A stretch of 64,000 nucleotides of DNA, from the NCBI GenBank assembly GCA_002104905.1, contig MCFE01000358.1, positions 1-64,000 on the forward strand, in the 5' to 3' direction. Shown piece after piece: positions 27,538 through 41,453 of this stretch. This stretch comes from Basidiobolus meristosporus CBS 931.73. Lineage: Eukaryota > Fungi > Basidiobolomycota. Made by a program: the position numbers and the translations under genes. Within the stretch, counting starts at the first letter, position 1. Each line of letters opens with the position of its first letter. The notes under the pieces are model-generated. The model was not told the origin of the DNA and did not search any database. It saw only the letters and a list, made by a program, of their open reading frames with translations.

Positions 27538-28849
27538 ATGAGAATCAACAGTCCTTTGGGACAAGTACTCCTCGTGGGTTTCGTCTGCTTCGCATGCCCC
27601 GGCATGTTCAACGTCATCAACGGTATGGGCGCCGGTGGTCAGATGGACGATAACACAGCCAAGAACGGAAATGTCGCCCTTTACTCTTGCTTTGCCGTGT
27701 TCGGATGCCTAGGTGGTGGTTTCTACAACATTCTCGGTGGTCGTCTTTGCTTGTGCCTCGGTGGTTTGACTTACGCTTTGTACTCTGGCTCGCTCCTCTA
27801 CTACAATGAGACCAAGAAGCCGCATTCGTGATCATTGCCAGTGCCATCCTTGGTGTTGGTGCTGGTATTCTGTGGACAGCTCAAGGCGTGGTGATGATGT
27901 CGTATCCTGCGGAAGATCAGAAGGGCCGCTGTGTCGGTCTGTTCTGGATTCTGTTCAACCTTGGGTGGTGTGATGGGAGCCTTCATTCCATTCGGCCTCA
28001 ACTTCCACTCTGACAAGGGAGCCGTCAGCAACAGCACCTACCTCGCCTTCCTCGTGATCATGATTCTCGGCGCTCTCCTCGGACTCATTCTCTTGCCCCC
28101 TGGCAAGGTGATCCGCGATGATGGCAGCAGAGTAGTCGTGAAGAAGTTCACCAACATCGGCGGCGAGATCGTGGACATCCTCAAGCTCTTCACCAACAAG
28201 TACATGCTCCTGCTCACCCCGTTGTTCATCAGCTCCAACTGGTTCTACTCCATACCAGTTCGGCGCCGTGAACGGAGTGTTGTTCAACCTTCGCACCCGT
28301 TCCCTCAACAACGCCCTGTACTGGGGATCTCAGATGCTTGGTGCCTATGGCTTGGGAGCCTTCCTTGACAACCCTCGCTTCGGTCGTCGTGCCAGAGCTG
28401 TGTATGGACTGGCCATTGTTGGAGCGATCTTCTCGGCCACCTGGGCCGGAGGTCTTGCCCTTCAGCTCCAATACACTCGTGAGGATCACCCCTCGAACAT
28501 CGACTTCATCGACCACCCCAGCGAGTTCTGGCCCAAGTTCATCCTGTACATCTTCTATGGCATGTGTGATGCCATGTTGCAAACCTATGCCTACTGGGTC
28601 ATGGGAGCCTTGTCGAACGACTCGTCAGTGCTTGCTCGCTACGCTGGCTACTACAAGGGCATCCAATCAGCCGGAGCCGCCATTGCCTGGAGAATCGATG
28701 CTGTTGGCACTGCCTTCCTCACCCAGCTGATCATCAATTGGGGACTGTTCACTCTGTCTCTTCCATTCACCTACTTCGTAGCACGCGAGGTCAAGGAGAC
28801 CTGTAACGATGGGGCTGAAGAGAAGGGTGAAGTTGCTGACAAGGAGTGA
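27538..28849 (+). CDS. NGT1: Array copy 2, three 1-nt indels (~27820, ~27961, ~28250)
   Basis: Full-length match to copy 1 once the indels are corrected. Confidence 0.75.
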
Positions 28850-29588
28850 ACAGGATATAAATTCATACTTGGTTTTATTTTTAGCCATATCTGTAATTAC
28901 TTTAATCGTACTTAACTAAATGTAATAAAGCTAGCGTGTTACATCGAACCTAATTTCAATTCCAGTACCAACGTACTAATTTCTAGCAGACAAAACGCTT
29001 TCGGTGTCCCGGCTGATTACAGTGATTAGTGGTAGCGTAATGCTGGAGATAACCTTCTATAACAGATTGTTTGGTCAACATCAATTTCTTCGAAATCATT
29101 GGTGTATATTGTCGGAGCATGGCAAATACCTTTCACTGGAATCTAGCCGTAAAAACCATTTCAACTCCGCACGCCACTGGTCACCAAAATAGAATTCATC
29201 AAATCCAACATTACACCAACTTCAATTTAGCTATTTCTAAAGCAGAACATAACTATGACGCTCGGCACATCCCGTAACCCATCAAATGATCTCTGGAAAC
29301 ACAACAGTGGCTTGTAGTCTGGTGACACGAGAGGGACGTTCCACCATGAAGCTTATTCCGGACAATCACTTCGGTTCACCAAATCAAATAAGTACAGATT
29401 TCAACATCGAAATTGGAATGGTCCAATTACCAAAATACCTTGGTTACTAAGACTGCTTATGTACCTAATACTACAGTAGCTTATGTGGATTAGCCACTCG
29501 GTGCATCGACGGTCGCTACCAAGTATATAAGACTGGGAGTAATGATATGTGATTATCAAATATTCACTCTCAATTGATAAACTAAATA

Positions 29589-30901
29589 ATGAGAATTAAC
29601 AGTCCTTTGGGACAAGTACTCCTCGTGGGTTTTGTCTGCTTCGCATGCCCCGGCATGTTCAACGTCATCAACGGTATGGGCGCCGGTGGTCAGATGGACG
29701 ATAACACAGCCAAGAACGGAAATGTCGCCCTTTACTCTTGCTTTGCCGTATTCGGATGCCTAGGTGGTGGTTTCTACAACATTCTCGGTGGTCGTCTTTG
29801 CTTGTGCCTCGGTGGTTTGACTTACGCTTTGTACTCTGGCTCGCTCCTCTACTACAACGAGACCAAGAAGCCGCATTCGTGATCATTGCCAGTGCCATCC
29901 TTGGTGTTGGTGCTGGTATTCTGTGGACAGCTCAGGGTGTGGTGATGATGTCGTATCCCGCGGAAGATCAGAAGGGTCGCTGTGTCGGTCTGTTCTGGAT
30001 TCTGTTCAACCTGGGTGGTGTGATGGGAGCCTTCATTCCATTCGGCCTCAACTTCCACTCTGACAAGGGAGCCGTCAGCAACAGCACCTACCTCGCCTTC
30101 CTCGTGATCATGATTCTCGGCGCTCTCCTCGGACTCATTCTCCTTGCCCCCTGGCAAGGTGATCCGCGATGATGGCAGCAGAGTAGTCGTGAAGAAGTTC
30201 ACCAACATCGGTGGTGAGATCGTGGACATCCTCAAGCTCTTCACCAACAAGTACATGCTCCTGCTCACCCCGTTGTTCATTCAGCTCCAACTGGTTCTAC
30301 TCCTACCAGTTCGGCGCCGTGAACGGAGTGTTGTTCAACCTTCGCACCCGTTCCCTCAACAACGCCCTGTACTGGGGATCTCAGATGCTTGGTGCCTATG
30401 GCTTGGGAGCCTTCCTTGACAACCCTCGCTTCGGTCGTCGTGCCAGAGCTGTGTATGGACTGGCCATTGTTGGAGCGATCTTCTCGGCCACCTGGGCCGG
30501 AGGTCTTGCCCTTCAGCTCCAATACACTCGTGAGGATCACCCCTCGAACATCGACTTCATCGACCACCCCAGTGAGTTCTGGCCCAAGTTCATCCTGTAC
30601 ATCTTCTATGGCATGTGTGATGCCATGTTGCAGACCTATGCCTACTGGGTCATGGGAGCCTTGTCGAACGACTCATCAGTGCTTGCTCGCTATGCTGGCT
30701 ACTACAAGGGTATCCAATCAGCCGGAGCCGCCATTGCGTGGAGAATCGATGCTGTCGGCACTGCCTTCCTCACCCAGCTGATCATCAACTGGGGACTGTT
30801 CACTCTGTCTCTTCCATTCACCTACTTCGTAGCAGCGTGAGGTCAAGGAGACCTGTAACGATGGCGCTGAAGAGAAGGGTGAAGCAGCTGACAAGGAGTA
30901 A
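29589..30901 (+). CDS. NGT1: Array copy 3, four 1-nt indels (~29871, ~30143, ~30281, ~30833)
   Basis: Full-length match once the indels are corrected. Confidence 0.75.
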
Positions 30902-32376
30902 ATCCAAAATATATCGTTGTACAGAATTTCGTCTACATCTAACTCCATCCATTAAATTTAAAGCATGATTTAATCAACATATAATACGCAATGAATAAAC
31001 CACGTATCAATCATTTCAGTATTACGAATCCATGAGCTCACAATTCTGTAGTACAAAGTGGATATACCGAACCCTTAATTTTGAGCGGGGGTCAAATTCG
31101 GGCCATTTCTCACGTAAGATACATGTCTGATTTTACATTTCCCGAATCACTCTAGGTTGACCAGAATAATAAATGGTAAACAAAAATCGCCTAATCTTTC
31201 CTTTTGTAGCCATTCTCGCTTCGGAGTAAGTTTGTATTGATCATCCCAAAATTATAATATTGTATTTTAATGAAACTATATTGATGCCTAAAGTCCGTAG
31301 AATCCTCGGTCCAGTGTTATTATTAGTATTGAGACCTATGTTACACGGTGGCCCATAGCTTCCATATTTGCAGATCTTTTCGTCAAATAGAATACCAACT
31401 AGCATGAATTAATATGTTTAAATCATTAAATACTAAAACGGGTAAAATACCTAGTTATGAGTAAAATCCCTGCGGTGCGAATGTGGTTGAACTTGTTTCT
31501 TACAATTGGTTATCCAGGACTGCGTGCTTCATTCGACAATTCTCCGTCTACTGTATGTGGCTTTGAAATCAGCTCAATTTCCTAGGTAATTGGCGTCCTC
31601 AATAATGTCCTCCGTACAGGGCATAAAGTTGATTGGACGGTGTGGTTTGTATTGAAACTATTCATTTCAAATAACGATCAAATATGTAGCTAAAAGTTGT
31701 GATAATCAGAGTAGAAAGCCTGCAATTCGATCCTAAAATGAATGAGGTTCAATTCTGTTATTATTATGAACCCCATAAATCGCTGCGCGTTGTATAGTAT
31801 TGGACGAATGATCACAGAGTGTTGATTGGCTACGCGTAACGATCCTTCGCAATCCAGATTCGATATTTGCGAAATGAAATTGAGTTTCAGGATTTTCGGG
31901 TCTTACCCGAAAATGGAATGGGCTTCCATATCACTTGGTCCACACTGCTTTCCCTGATTAGGAAGCCTATACTAAATATGGCAATAATTTATGCTACAAA
32001 GATTGGAATTGAATAAGCGCGTAAACGAATGATTTTTGGACGGCTGGGCCAAGATGGACTTCAAGAAATATTTGCATGATGGAATCATCGAAAAAAGTGC
32101 AGGTCACACGATAATTTGAGGCGCACACATGAAAATCCGCTCGGGCGAATAGAGCATTGGGAACGGATGGGAATGTGTTCATATTGAAACAAATTAAAGT
32201 TGTAAAAGGTGTTAGTCTTAAAGGGTATATTCAATGAAGATGTAAATGGAGTTCTGGACCAATGCCAAGAACGATATTCACTTTAAACTCGGTGAATGAA
32301 TGTGTATATAAGATTAGCATCGAGGTTTCTGTTTCATCAAACACTAAATAATACTACAACTAGTTACAACTGTACA

Positions 32377-33687
32377 ATGAGAATCAACAGTCCTTTGGGA
32401 CAAGTACTCCTCGTGGGTTTTGTCTGCTTCGCATGCCCCGGCATGTTCAACGTCATCAACGGTATGGGCGCCGGTGGTCAGATGGATGATAACACAGCCA
32501 AGAACGGAAATGTCGCCCTTTACTCTTGCTTTGCCGTGTTCGGATGCCTAGGTGGCGGTTTCTACAACATTCTCGGTGGTCGTCTTTGCTTGTGCCTCGG
32601 TGGTTTGACTTACGCTTTGTACTCTGGCTCGCTCCTCTACTACAACGAGACCAAGAAGCCCGCATTCGTGATCATTGCCAGTGCCATCCTTGGTGTTGGT
32701 GCTGGTATTCTGTGGACAGCTCAGGGTGTGGTGATGATGTCGTATCCCGCGGAAGATCAGAAGGGTCGCTGTGTCGGTCTGTTCTGGATTCTGTTCAACC
32801 TGGGTGGTGTGATGGGAGCCTTCATTCCATTCGGCCTCAACTTCCACTCTGACAAGGGAGCCGTCAGCAACAGCACCTACCTCGCCTTCCTCGTGATCAT
32901 GATTCTCGGCGCTCTCCTCGGACTCATTCTCTTGCCCCCTGGCAAGGTGATCCGCGATGATGGCAGCAGAGTAGTCGTGAAGAAGTTCACCAACATCGGC
33001 GGTGAGATCGTGGACATCCTCAAGCTCTTCACCAACAAGTACATGCTCCTGCTCACCCCGTTGTTCATTAGCTCCAACTGGTTCTACTCCTACCAGTTTG
33101 GCGCCGTGAACGGAGTGTTGTTCAACCTTCGCACCCGTTCCCTCAACAACGCCCTTTACTGGGGATCTCAGATGCTTGGTGCCTACGGCTTGGGAGCCTT
33201 CCTCGACAACCCCCGCTTCGGTCGTCGTGCCAGAGCTGTGTATGGACTGGCGATTGTTGGAGCGATCTTCTCGGCCACCTGGGCCGGAGGTCTTGCCCTT
33301 CAGCTCCAATACACTCGTGAGGATCACCCCTCGAACATCGACTTCATCGACCACCCCAGCGAGTTCTGGCCCAAGTTCATCCTGTACATCTTCTATGGCA
33401 TGTGTGATGCCATGTTGCAAACCTATGCCTACTGGGTCATGGGAGCCTTGTCGAACGACTCATCAGTGCTTGCTCGCTATGCTGGCTACTACAAGGGCAT
33501 CCAATCAGCCGGAGCCGCCATTGCCTGGAGAATCGATGCTGTTGGCACTGCCTTCCTCACCCAGCTGATCATCAACTGGGGACTGTTCACTCTGTCTCTT
33601 CCATTCACCTACTTCGTAGCGCGTGAGGTCAAGGAGACCTGTAACGATGGCGCTGAAGAGAAGGGTGAGGTAGCAGACAAAGAGTAA
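32377..33687 (+). CDS. NGT1: Array copy 4, intact (protein identical to copy 1)
   Basis: 436-aa ORF from MRINSP; the upstream ATG at 32296 precedes the TATA box (32305). Confidence 0.85.
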   Translation: MRINSPLGQVLLVGFVCFACPGMFNVINGMGAGGQMDDNTAKNGNVALYSCFAVFGCLGGGFYNILGGRLCLCLGGLTYALYSGSLLYYNETKKPAFVIIASAILGVGAGILWTAQGVVMMSYPAEDQKGRCVGLFWILFNLGGVMGAFIPFGLNFHSDKGAVSNSTYLAFLVIMILGALLGLILLPPGKVIRDDGSRVVVKKFTNIGGEIVDILKLFTNKYMLLLTPLFISSNWFYSYQFGAVNGVLFNLRTRSLNNALYWGSQMLGAYGLGAFLDNPRFGRRARAVYGLAIVGAIFSATWAGGLALQLQYTREDHPSNIDFIDHPSEFWPKFILYIFYGMCDAMLQTYAYWVMGALSNDSSVLARYAGYYKGIQSAGAAIAWRIDAVGTAFLTQLIINWGLFTLSLPFTYFVAREVKETCNDGAEEKGEVADKE

Positions 33688-34444
33688 ATCAAAAATACTT
33701 CAATGTACAGAATTAGCTAATTATCAATACTTATCAATGCCACATTACTGATAGCACGAAATATTATAATAAATGATATTATAACCTCATCAACTCAACC
33801 TTGTGCCCTACAATTTTACTCCGTCTGCTAAAAGACGCAATCTGCTTAGACCCCCACAATGATCGCCTCCGTAATCAAATTTAGATGCGATCAACGGTGG
33901 TTTATCTTCATGGTCAAGTTTGTATCGAACATACAGATTTTCGATGTGGCGTTGATTCCATAGGCAACCATAAAAAAGTCCGCACAAATATCACTTGATT
34001 CGGCTGGACCTTCCTTATTTAGCCGCGATTTGGATTAACATCATTCTCGGATCCGTATATAGATAAATATACACAAAGCTACAATAAAAATAGGATCGGC
34101 CTAGAGTGATCAGCATAGTGGTTGTATTTAGAGTTTTCCTGTAACCACAGGAAATCCATCCCAGGCCATTTAGAAGTTCGTGGCGTGAAATTCGAAGTAT
34201 ACTCCAATAAATCGAGCCTAATGATTAATCGAAATTTATCTAAATCCTACGATCCCAAAATGGTAAGAAAGCGGGTCAACCTTAATATACTCGTTATAGG
34301 CACAATGAAGCGTCGTTCTAGGTCGGCTTCAAACATGGCGATCACTTCATGCGCAGTGATCGAAAACATATATAAGTTCTACCTAGAGGTCTTAGTCACA
34401 TTCATATCTAAAATACTACAAGAACAACTAGTTAAAACATTATA

Positions 34445-35755
34445 ATGAGAATCAACAGTCCTTTGGGACAAGTACTCCTCGTGGGTTTTGTCTGCTTCGC
34501 ATGCCCCGGCATGTTCAACGTCATCAACGGTATGGGCGCCGGTGGACAGATGGACGATAACACAGCCAAGAACGGAAATGTCGCCCTTTACTCTTGCTTT
34601 GCCGTGTTCGGATGCCTAGGTGGTGGTTTCTACAACATTCTTGGTGGTCGTCTTTGCTTGTGCCTCGGTGGTTTGACTTACGCTTTGTACTCTGGCTCGC
34701 TCCTCTACTACAACGAGACCAAGAAGCCGCATTCGTGATCATTGCCAGTGCCATCCTTGGTGTTGGTGCTGGTATTCTGTGGACAGCTCAGGGTGTGGTG
34801 ATGATGTCGTATCCCGCGGAAGATCAGAAGGGTCGCTGTGTCGGTCTGTTCTGGATTCTGTTCAACCTGGGTGGTGTGATGGGAGCCTTCATTCCATTCG
34901 GCCTCAACTTCCACTCTGACAAGGGAGCCGTCAGCAACAGCACCTACCTCGCCTTCCTCGTGATCATGATTCTCGGTGCTCTCCTCGGACTCATTCTCCT
35001 GCCTCCTGGCAAGGTGATCCGTGATGATGGCAGCAGAGTAGTCGTGAAGAAGTTCACCAACATCGGCGGTGAGATCGTGGACATCCTCAAGCTCTTCACC
35101 AACAAGTACATGCTCCTGCTCACCCCATTGTTCATCAGCTCCAACTGGTTCTACTCATACCAGTTCGGCGCTGTGAACGGAGTGTTGTTCAACCTTCGCA
35201 CCCGTTCCCTCAACAACGCCCTCTACTGGGGATCTCAGATGCTTGGTGCCTACGGCTTGGGAGCCTTCCTCGACAACCCTCGCTTCGGTCGTCGTGCCAG
35301 AGCTGTGTATGGACTGGCCATTGTTGGAGCGATCTTCTCGGCCACCTGGGCCGGAGGACTTGCCCTTCAGCTCCAATACACTCGTGAGGATCACCCCTCG
35401 AACATCGACTTCATCGACCACCCCAGCGAGTTCTGGCCCAAGTTCATCCTGTACATCTTCTATGGCATGTGTGATGCCATGTTGCAGACCTATGCTTACT
35501 GGGTCATGGGAGCCTTGTCGAACGACTCGTCAGTGCTTGCTCGCTATGCTGGCTACTACAAGGGCATCCAATCAGCCGGAGCTGCCATTGCGTGGAGAAT
35601 CGATGCGGTCGGCACTGCCTTCCTTACCCAGCTGATCATCAACTGGGGGACTGTTCACTCTGTCTCTTCCATTCACCTACTTTGTAGCGCGCGAGGTCAA
35701 GGAGACCTGCAACGATGGCGCCGAAGAGAAGGGCGAGGTAGCAGACAAAGAGTAA
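34445..35755 (+). CDS. NGT1: Array copy 5, two 1-nt indels (~34728, ~35648)
   Basis: Full-length match once the indels are corrected. Confidence 0.75.
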
Positions 35756-37039
35756 ACCCAAACCGTAGCATTGTACAGAATTCAATCAATATTCCGCACT
35801 AAATATCATTACTATAAGCGCATCATAGCATTATCTTTGAGTTCAAATTTAATATTGAATAAATCACCCTGTAAACGTACTTAGTTCAATGTTGATACGG
35901 ATTTTTCTCCCCAAAGTACACATGCAACCCGCTACTAGTTCTCAAGTGTGTTGGCGACAATTATATTACTCTCGCATGTCAGTCTTTCTGAGCACATCAT
36001 TCCTTATATTATCACAAGAAGTAGGGTTCATGTCTAATTTGCAGTGAGTTCCGGTAAGTGGGTTACAATCATGAAAGGGTTGGTAACATGGGTAATAGTT
36101 TGGGCTGTATAGCGGCCAGCGGCGTTTAATTTATGATCGGTTTAAGTTTGCAGATCGTTGTGATAAGTCTCTTGATGCCTAACATGTTGGTGATGTACAG
36201 GAAGTTGAGAATATCTAGTAGTGAATATGATTGCTTTACTACTATTGATTGTTCTATTGTTACGAATTCACAATCGGCGGCTGAAGAAGGCAAGTATAGC
36301 CATTCGTCTTCATGGGTAGTAGATGTGCCATCATTATTATTCAGCATTAATCGATATCATAGTCTTCTGTGTTTAATTGGCAGCGCTTCCGGTACTGGAA
36401 GTCTGTTGTGTTATGCTTGGCCTTTACTTCGTCGGAGGTTTACTTTATAACTTACTAATGCAACAAACAACAGCGTGATGAGCTGTGGATACTCTAGTGT
36501 TCTAACATAACAAACACATCGTCTGCGGCTTCTACACTGCCATGCTAACTATCAATACCTGAATAAGCATACGAGTTTTGTACACAATTTCCAATACTCT
36601 CGCTGACTTGACTGCTTATTACAACGATTAACAGGTGGCTCCAGCAGCCAATTCCCCCGAAACGGGAGCCGTTAGTACCATCCTACACGTTCAGCCGATC
36701 TTTAGTTGAGGACTCTTCCCTACAGCTTTACCGATAACTACCGTCGTAACTTTCAGGTAGAAGGAAGCTTATACCCGTTCCATCAATAAGGAAGAAGCAT
36801 GCAATGACCGAGCGTAGTTTCAGGACAAATCCGTCAACCGTGTTTTTACACTACAATAGTCACCCATTGACATATCTATGCTACTCGTACATAGTGAGTA
36901 AATACTACTGCTTACACGACCATCGCACTTACTCCGCATAGATTTGCTGAAGAGAAAGTTGGGCGGTTCTCGGTTCTGATCATCTGAGGCAAAAATTTAT
37001 CGAATGTGGGGTGTATTTAGATGTAGAAAAAGTAACTAT

Positions 37040-37524
37040 CGAAACAGAAACTGAAGGCAAACACTAACATTGAAATGGTCATCTAATCATTCCTAATTTG
37101 GGGTTGCCTGTGCCATTCTTGGAGCTGAGATTGGATACTATTCCAATTAGAGCGTAGCATATATCTTAATGTAGAGATCAATACCAACCAATCGTGATCC
37201 CAAGGACCATGAGTATTTGGTTAATGGAATACTCATGGAAAAGCTAGCTCAGATCTCCGTGCAATTAGTGGCGTCGGTGATTCGGTGCTTTCTAGGACAT
37301 TGAACATGCTCATGCAATTTAGCTTTGTGGTGGTAAAAAACCCAGCTTGACAGTAATCTAATCATTATGGGACCAGGCGGAGTTCTGGACTATTTCTGAA
37401 TTCAGTAATCGCCTCAAACTCCATAGTTCCGCAAGTATAAAGATCTGCAGTGAGGTAATCATAAGGCACAACCCTTAATACCACTCTTACTCTTACTCTT
37501 ACTACAACTAGTTACAACTTTACA
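37040..37524 (+). promoter_or_regulatory. Shared ~460-480 bp promoter block of copies 6-9 (also ~39683-40141, ~42685-43137, ~45170-45652)
   Basis: Clearly alignable in four spacers; contains an 11-bp inverted repeat, GGAGTTCTGG and a TATA box. Confidence 0.85.
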
Positions 37525-38835
37525 ATGAGAATCAACAGTCCTCTGGGACAAGTACTCCTGGTGGGTTTTGTCTGCTTCGCATGTCCCGGCATGTTCAACG
37601 TCATCAACGGTATGGGTGCCGGTGGTCAGATGGATGATAACACAGCCAAGAACGGAAATGTCGCCCTTTACTCTTGCTTTGCCGTGTTCGGATGCCTAGG
37701 TGGTGGTTTCTACAACATTCTTGGTGGTCGTCTTTGCTTGTGCCTCGGTGGTTTGACTTACGCTTTGTACTCTGGCTCGCTCCTCTACTACAACGAGACC
37801 AAGAAGCCCGCATTCGTGATCATTGCCAGTGCCATCCTTGGTGTTGGTGCTGGTATTCTGTGGACAGCTCAGGGTGTGGTGATGATGTCGTATCCCGCGG
37901 AAGATCAGAAGGGTCGCTGTGTCGGTCTGTTCTGGATTCTGTTCAACCTGGGTGGTGTGATGGGAGCCTTCATTCCATTCGGCCTCAACTTCCACTCTGA
38001 CAAGGGAGCCGTCAGCAACAGCACCTACCTCGCCTTCCTCGTGATCATGATTCTCGGTGCTCTCCTCGGACTCATTCTCTTGCCCCCTGGCAAGGTGATC
38101 CGCGATGATGGCAGCAGAGTAGTCGTGAAGAAGTTCACCAACATCGGCGGCGAGATCGTGGACATCCTCAAGCTCTTCACCAACAAGTACATGCTCCTGC
38201 TCACCCCATTGTTCATCAGCTCCAACTGGTTCTACTCCTACCAGTTCGGCGCCGTGAACGGAGTGTTGTTCAACCTTCGCACCCGTTCCCTCAACAACGC
38301 CCTCTACTGGGGATCTCAGATGCTTGGTGCCTACGGCTTGGGTGCCTTCCTCGACAACCCTCGCTTCGGTCGTCGCGCCAGAGCTGTGTATGGACTGGCG
38401 ATTGTTGGAGCGATCTTCTCGGCCACCTGGGCCGGAGGACTTGCCCTTCAGCTCCAATACACTCGTGAGGATCACCCCTCGAACATCGACTTCATCGACC
38501 ACCCCAGCGAGTTCTGGCCCAAGTTCATCCTGTACATCTTCTATGGCATGTGTGATGCCATGTTGCAAACCTATGCCTACTGGGTCATGGGAGCCTTGTC
38601 GAACGACTCGTCAGTGCTTGCTCGCTATGCTGGCTACTACAAGGGCATCCAATCAGCCGGAGCTGCCATTGCCTGGAGAATCGATGCTGTTGGCACTGCC
38701 TTCCTTACCCAGCTGATCATCAACTGGGGACTGTTCACTCTGTCTCTTCCATTCACCTACTTTGTAGCGCGCGAGGTCAAGGAGACCTGTAACGATGGCT
38801 CCGAGGAGAAGGGCGAGGTAGCTGACAAAGAGTAG
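37525..38835 (+). CDS. NGT1: Array copy 6, intact (one A>S near the C-terminus)
   Basis: 436-aa ORF. Confidence 0.85.
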   Translation: MRINSPLGQVLLVGFVCFACPGMFNVINGMGAGGQMDDNTAKNGNVALYSCFAVFGCLGGGFYNILGGRLCLCLGGLTYALYSGSLLYYNETKKPAFVIIASAILGVGAGILWTAQGVVMMSYPAEDQKGRCVGLFWILFNLGGVMGAFIPFGLNFHSDKGAVSNSTYLAFLVIMILGALLGLILLPPGKVIRDDGSRVVVKKFTNIGGEIVDILKLFTNKYMLLLTPLFISSNWFYSYQFGAVNGVLFNLRTRSLNNALYWGSQMLGAYGLGAFLDNPRFGRRARAVYGLAIVGAIFSATWAGGLALQLQYTREDHPSNIDFIDHPSEFWPKFILYIFYGMCDAMLQTYAYWVMGALSNDSSVLARYAGYYKGIQSAGAAIAWRIDAVGTAFLTQLIINWGLFTLSLPFTYFVAREVKETCNDGSEEKGEVADKE

Positions 38836-40141
38836 ATGGAATGCATGACATTGTACAGGATTTAATCAAGTTTATACTCGAAACATCGCTATTATAAGAG
38901 CATCTTTAAAATTCAATATGATAATAAATCAAGATATATTAGTCATATCCTTTATTCCAGGTCGTTCCCGAGTTTTCAATTACCTACAACATCTCAGTAA
39001 TCCGCTCCAACTCCTCACTTTTTGCTGACAGAAATCTTATATTCATCTATGTAGTTCTTTTAAATATATCATTCCTCCACTTTAATGCGAATATTGGTTT
39101 CAGTATTACTCATTTCTTTGCTGGACGGAATCTACTTTAATCGATTGACTTAGTAGGCGTATGACATCTGTTAACAACGTATGGTTTTCGCACGCATAGG
39201 CTCGTAGCGCTTGCTGTACCGTTAGCTCTGGTGCACAAATAACTATCTAAGGAATGAAATAGTCGATATGCTGATCGTTCGTGTAGCACAGTTGTCAGCG
39301 ATGTCAAATTACCCACTCATCCTGGTGTGCCGTTCGGTGGGATATATTGAAATATGACCAACTAATGTAATCGAAATGACAGAAGGCTTGCTCTAACTCC
39401 GAAAAATGACCAAAGATGCAATAGTCAATGGAAACGGAGTATGCGTTGGCCGAACGATGTTCCATAGCAAATCGACCTACTGTATTTTTTTACACTACTA
39501 TATTCAATCATCGATATCGCGGTGCTACCTGTACAATTTGAGTAAAGCAGCTGCTTACACGATTGTATTATCTATTCCACATGGACTTACGAAAAGAGAA
39601 ATCGGTCAGTTCCCATTTCATATCTGTTACGGTGGTGATGCATTGAATGTATGGTATATTTACATACAGCAAATGTAACCATCAAAACAGAAACTGAAGG
39701 CAAACATTAACACTGAAATGGTCATCTAATCATTCCTAATTTGGAGCTGAGATTGGATACTATTCCAATTAGAGCGTAGCATATATCTTAATGTAGAGAT
39801 CAATACCAACCAATCATGATCACAAGGACCATGAGTATTTGGTTAATGGAATACTCATGGAAAAGCTTGCTCAGATCTCTGTGCAATTAGTGGCGTCGGT
39901 GATTCGGTGCTTTCTAGGACATTGAACATGCTCATGCAATTTAGCTTTATGGTGGTAAAAAATCCAGCTTGACAGTAATCTAATCATTATGGGACCAGGC
40001 GGAGTTCTGGACTAGTTCTGAATTCAGTAATCGCCTCAAACTCCGTAGCTCCACAAGTATATAAGATCTGCAGTGAGGTAATCATAAGGCACAACCCTTA
40101 ATACTACTCTTACTCTTACTACAACTAGTTACAACTTTACA

Positions 40142-41453
40142 ATGAGAATCAACAGTCCTCTGGGACAAGTACTCCTGGTGGGTTTTGTCTGCTTCGCATG
40201 TCCCGGCATGTTCAACGTCATCAACGGTATGGGCGCCGGTGGTCAGATGGATGATAACACAGCCAAGAACGGAAATGTCGCCCTTTACTCTTGCTTTGCC
40301 GTGTTCGGATGCCTAGGTGGCGGTTTCTACAACATTCTCGGTGGTCGTCTTTGCTTGTGCCTCGGTGGTTTGACTTACGCTTTGTACTCTGGCTCGCTCC
40401 TCTACTACAACGAGACCAAGAAGCCGGCATTCGTGATCATTGCCAGTGCCATCCTTGGTGTTGGTGCTGGTATTCTGTGGACAGCTCAGGGTGTGGTGAT
40501 GATGTCGTATCCCGCGGAAGATCAGAAGGGTCGCTGTGTCGGTCTGTTCTGGATTCTGTTCAACCTGGGTGGTGTGATGGGAGCCTTCATTCCATTCGGC
40601 CTCAACTTCCACTCTGACAAGGGCGCCGTCAGCAACAGCACCTACCTCGCCTTCCTCGTGATCATGATTCTCGGTGCTCTCCTCGGACTCATTCTCTTGC
40701 CCCCTGGCAAGGTGATCCGCGATGATGGCAGCAGAGTAGTCGTGAAGAAGTTCACCAACATCGGTGGTGAGATCGTGGACATCCTCAAGCTCTTCACCAA
40801 CAAGTACATGCTCCTGCTCACCCCATTGTTCATCAGCTCCAACTGGTTCTACTCCTATCCAGTTCGGTGCCGTGAACGGAGTGTTGTTCAACCTTCGCAC
40901 CCGTTCCCTCAACAACGCCCTCTACTGGGGATCTCAGATGCTTGGTGCCTATGGCTTGGGAGCCTTCCTCGACAACCCTCGCTTCGGTCGTCGTGCCAGA
41001 GCTGTGTATGGACTGGCGATTGTTGGAGCGATCTTCTCGGCCACCTGGGCCGGAGGACTTGCCCTTCAGCTCCAATACACTCGTGAGGATCACCCCTCGA
41101 ACATCGACTTCATCGACCACCCCAGCGAGTTCTGGCCTAAGTTCATCCTGTACATCTTCTATGGCATGTGTGATGCCATGTTGCAAACCTATGCCTACTG
41201 GGTCATGGGAGCCTTGTCGAACGACTCATCAGTGCTTGCTCGCTACGCTGGCTACTACAAGGGCATTCAATCAGCCGGAGCTGCCATTGCGTGGAGAATC
41301 GATGCTGTCGGCACTGCCTTCCTCACCCAGCTGATCATCAATTGGGGACTGTTCACTCTGTCTCTTCCATTCACCTACTTCGTAGCACGCGAGGTCAAGG
41401 AGACCTGTAACGATGGCGCTGAAGAGAAGGGCGAGGTAGCTGACAAAGAGTAG
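40142..41453 (+). CDS. NGT1: Array copy 7, one 1-nt insertion (~40858)
   Basis: Full-length match once the indel is corrected. Confidence 0.8.

Noticed and set aside
32296-32376. 27-aa N-terminal extension of copy 4
   Set aside because: The upstream ATG precedes the TATA box (32305) and is absent from all other copies.
36126-36347. Minus-strand spacer ORF with faint Skp1-like wording (LLDILNFLYITNMLGIKRLITTICK)
   Set aside because: The similarity is too weak and there is no supporting upstream domain; it needs an HMM search.
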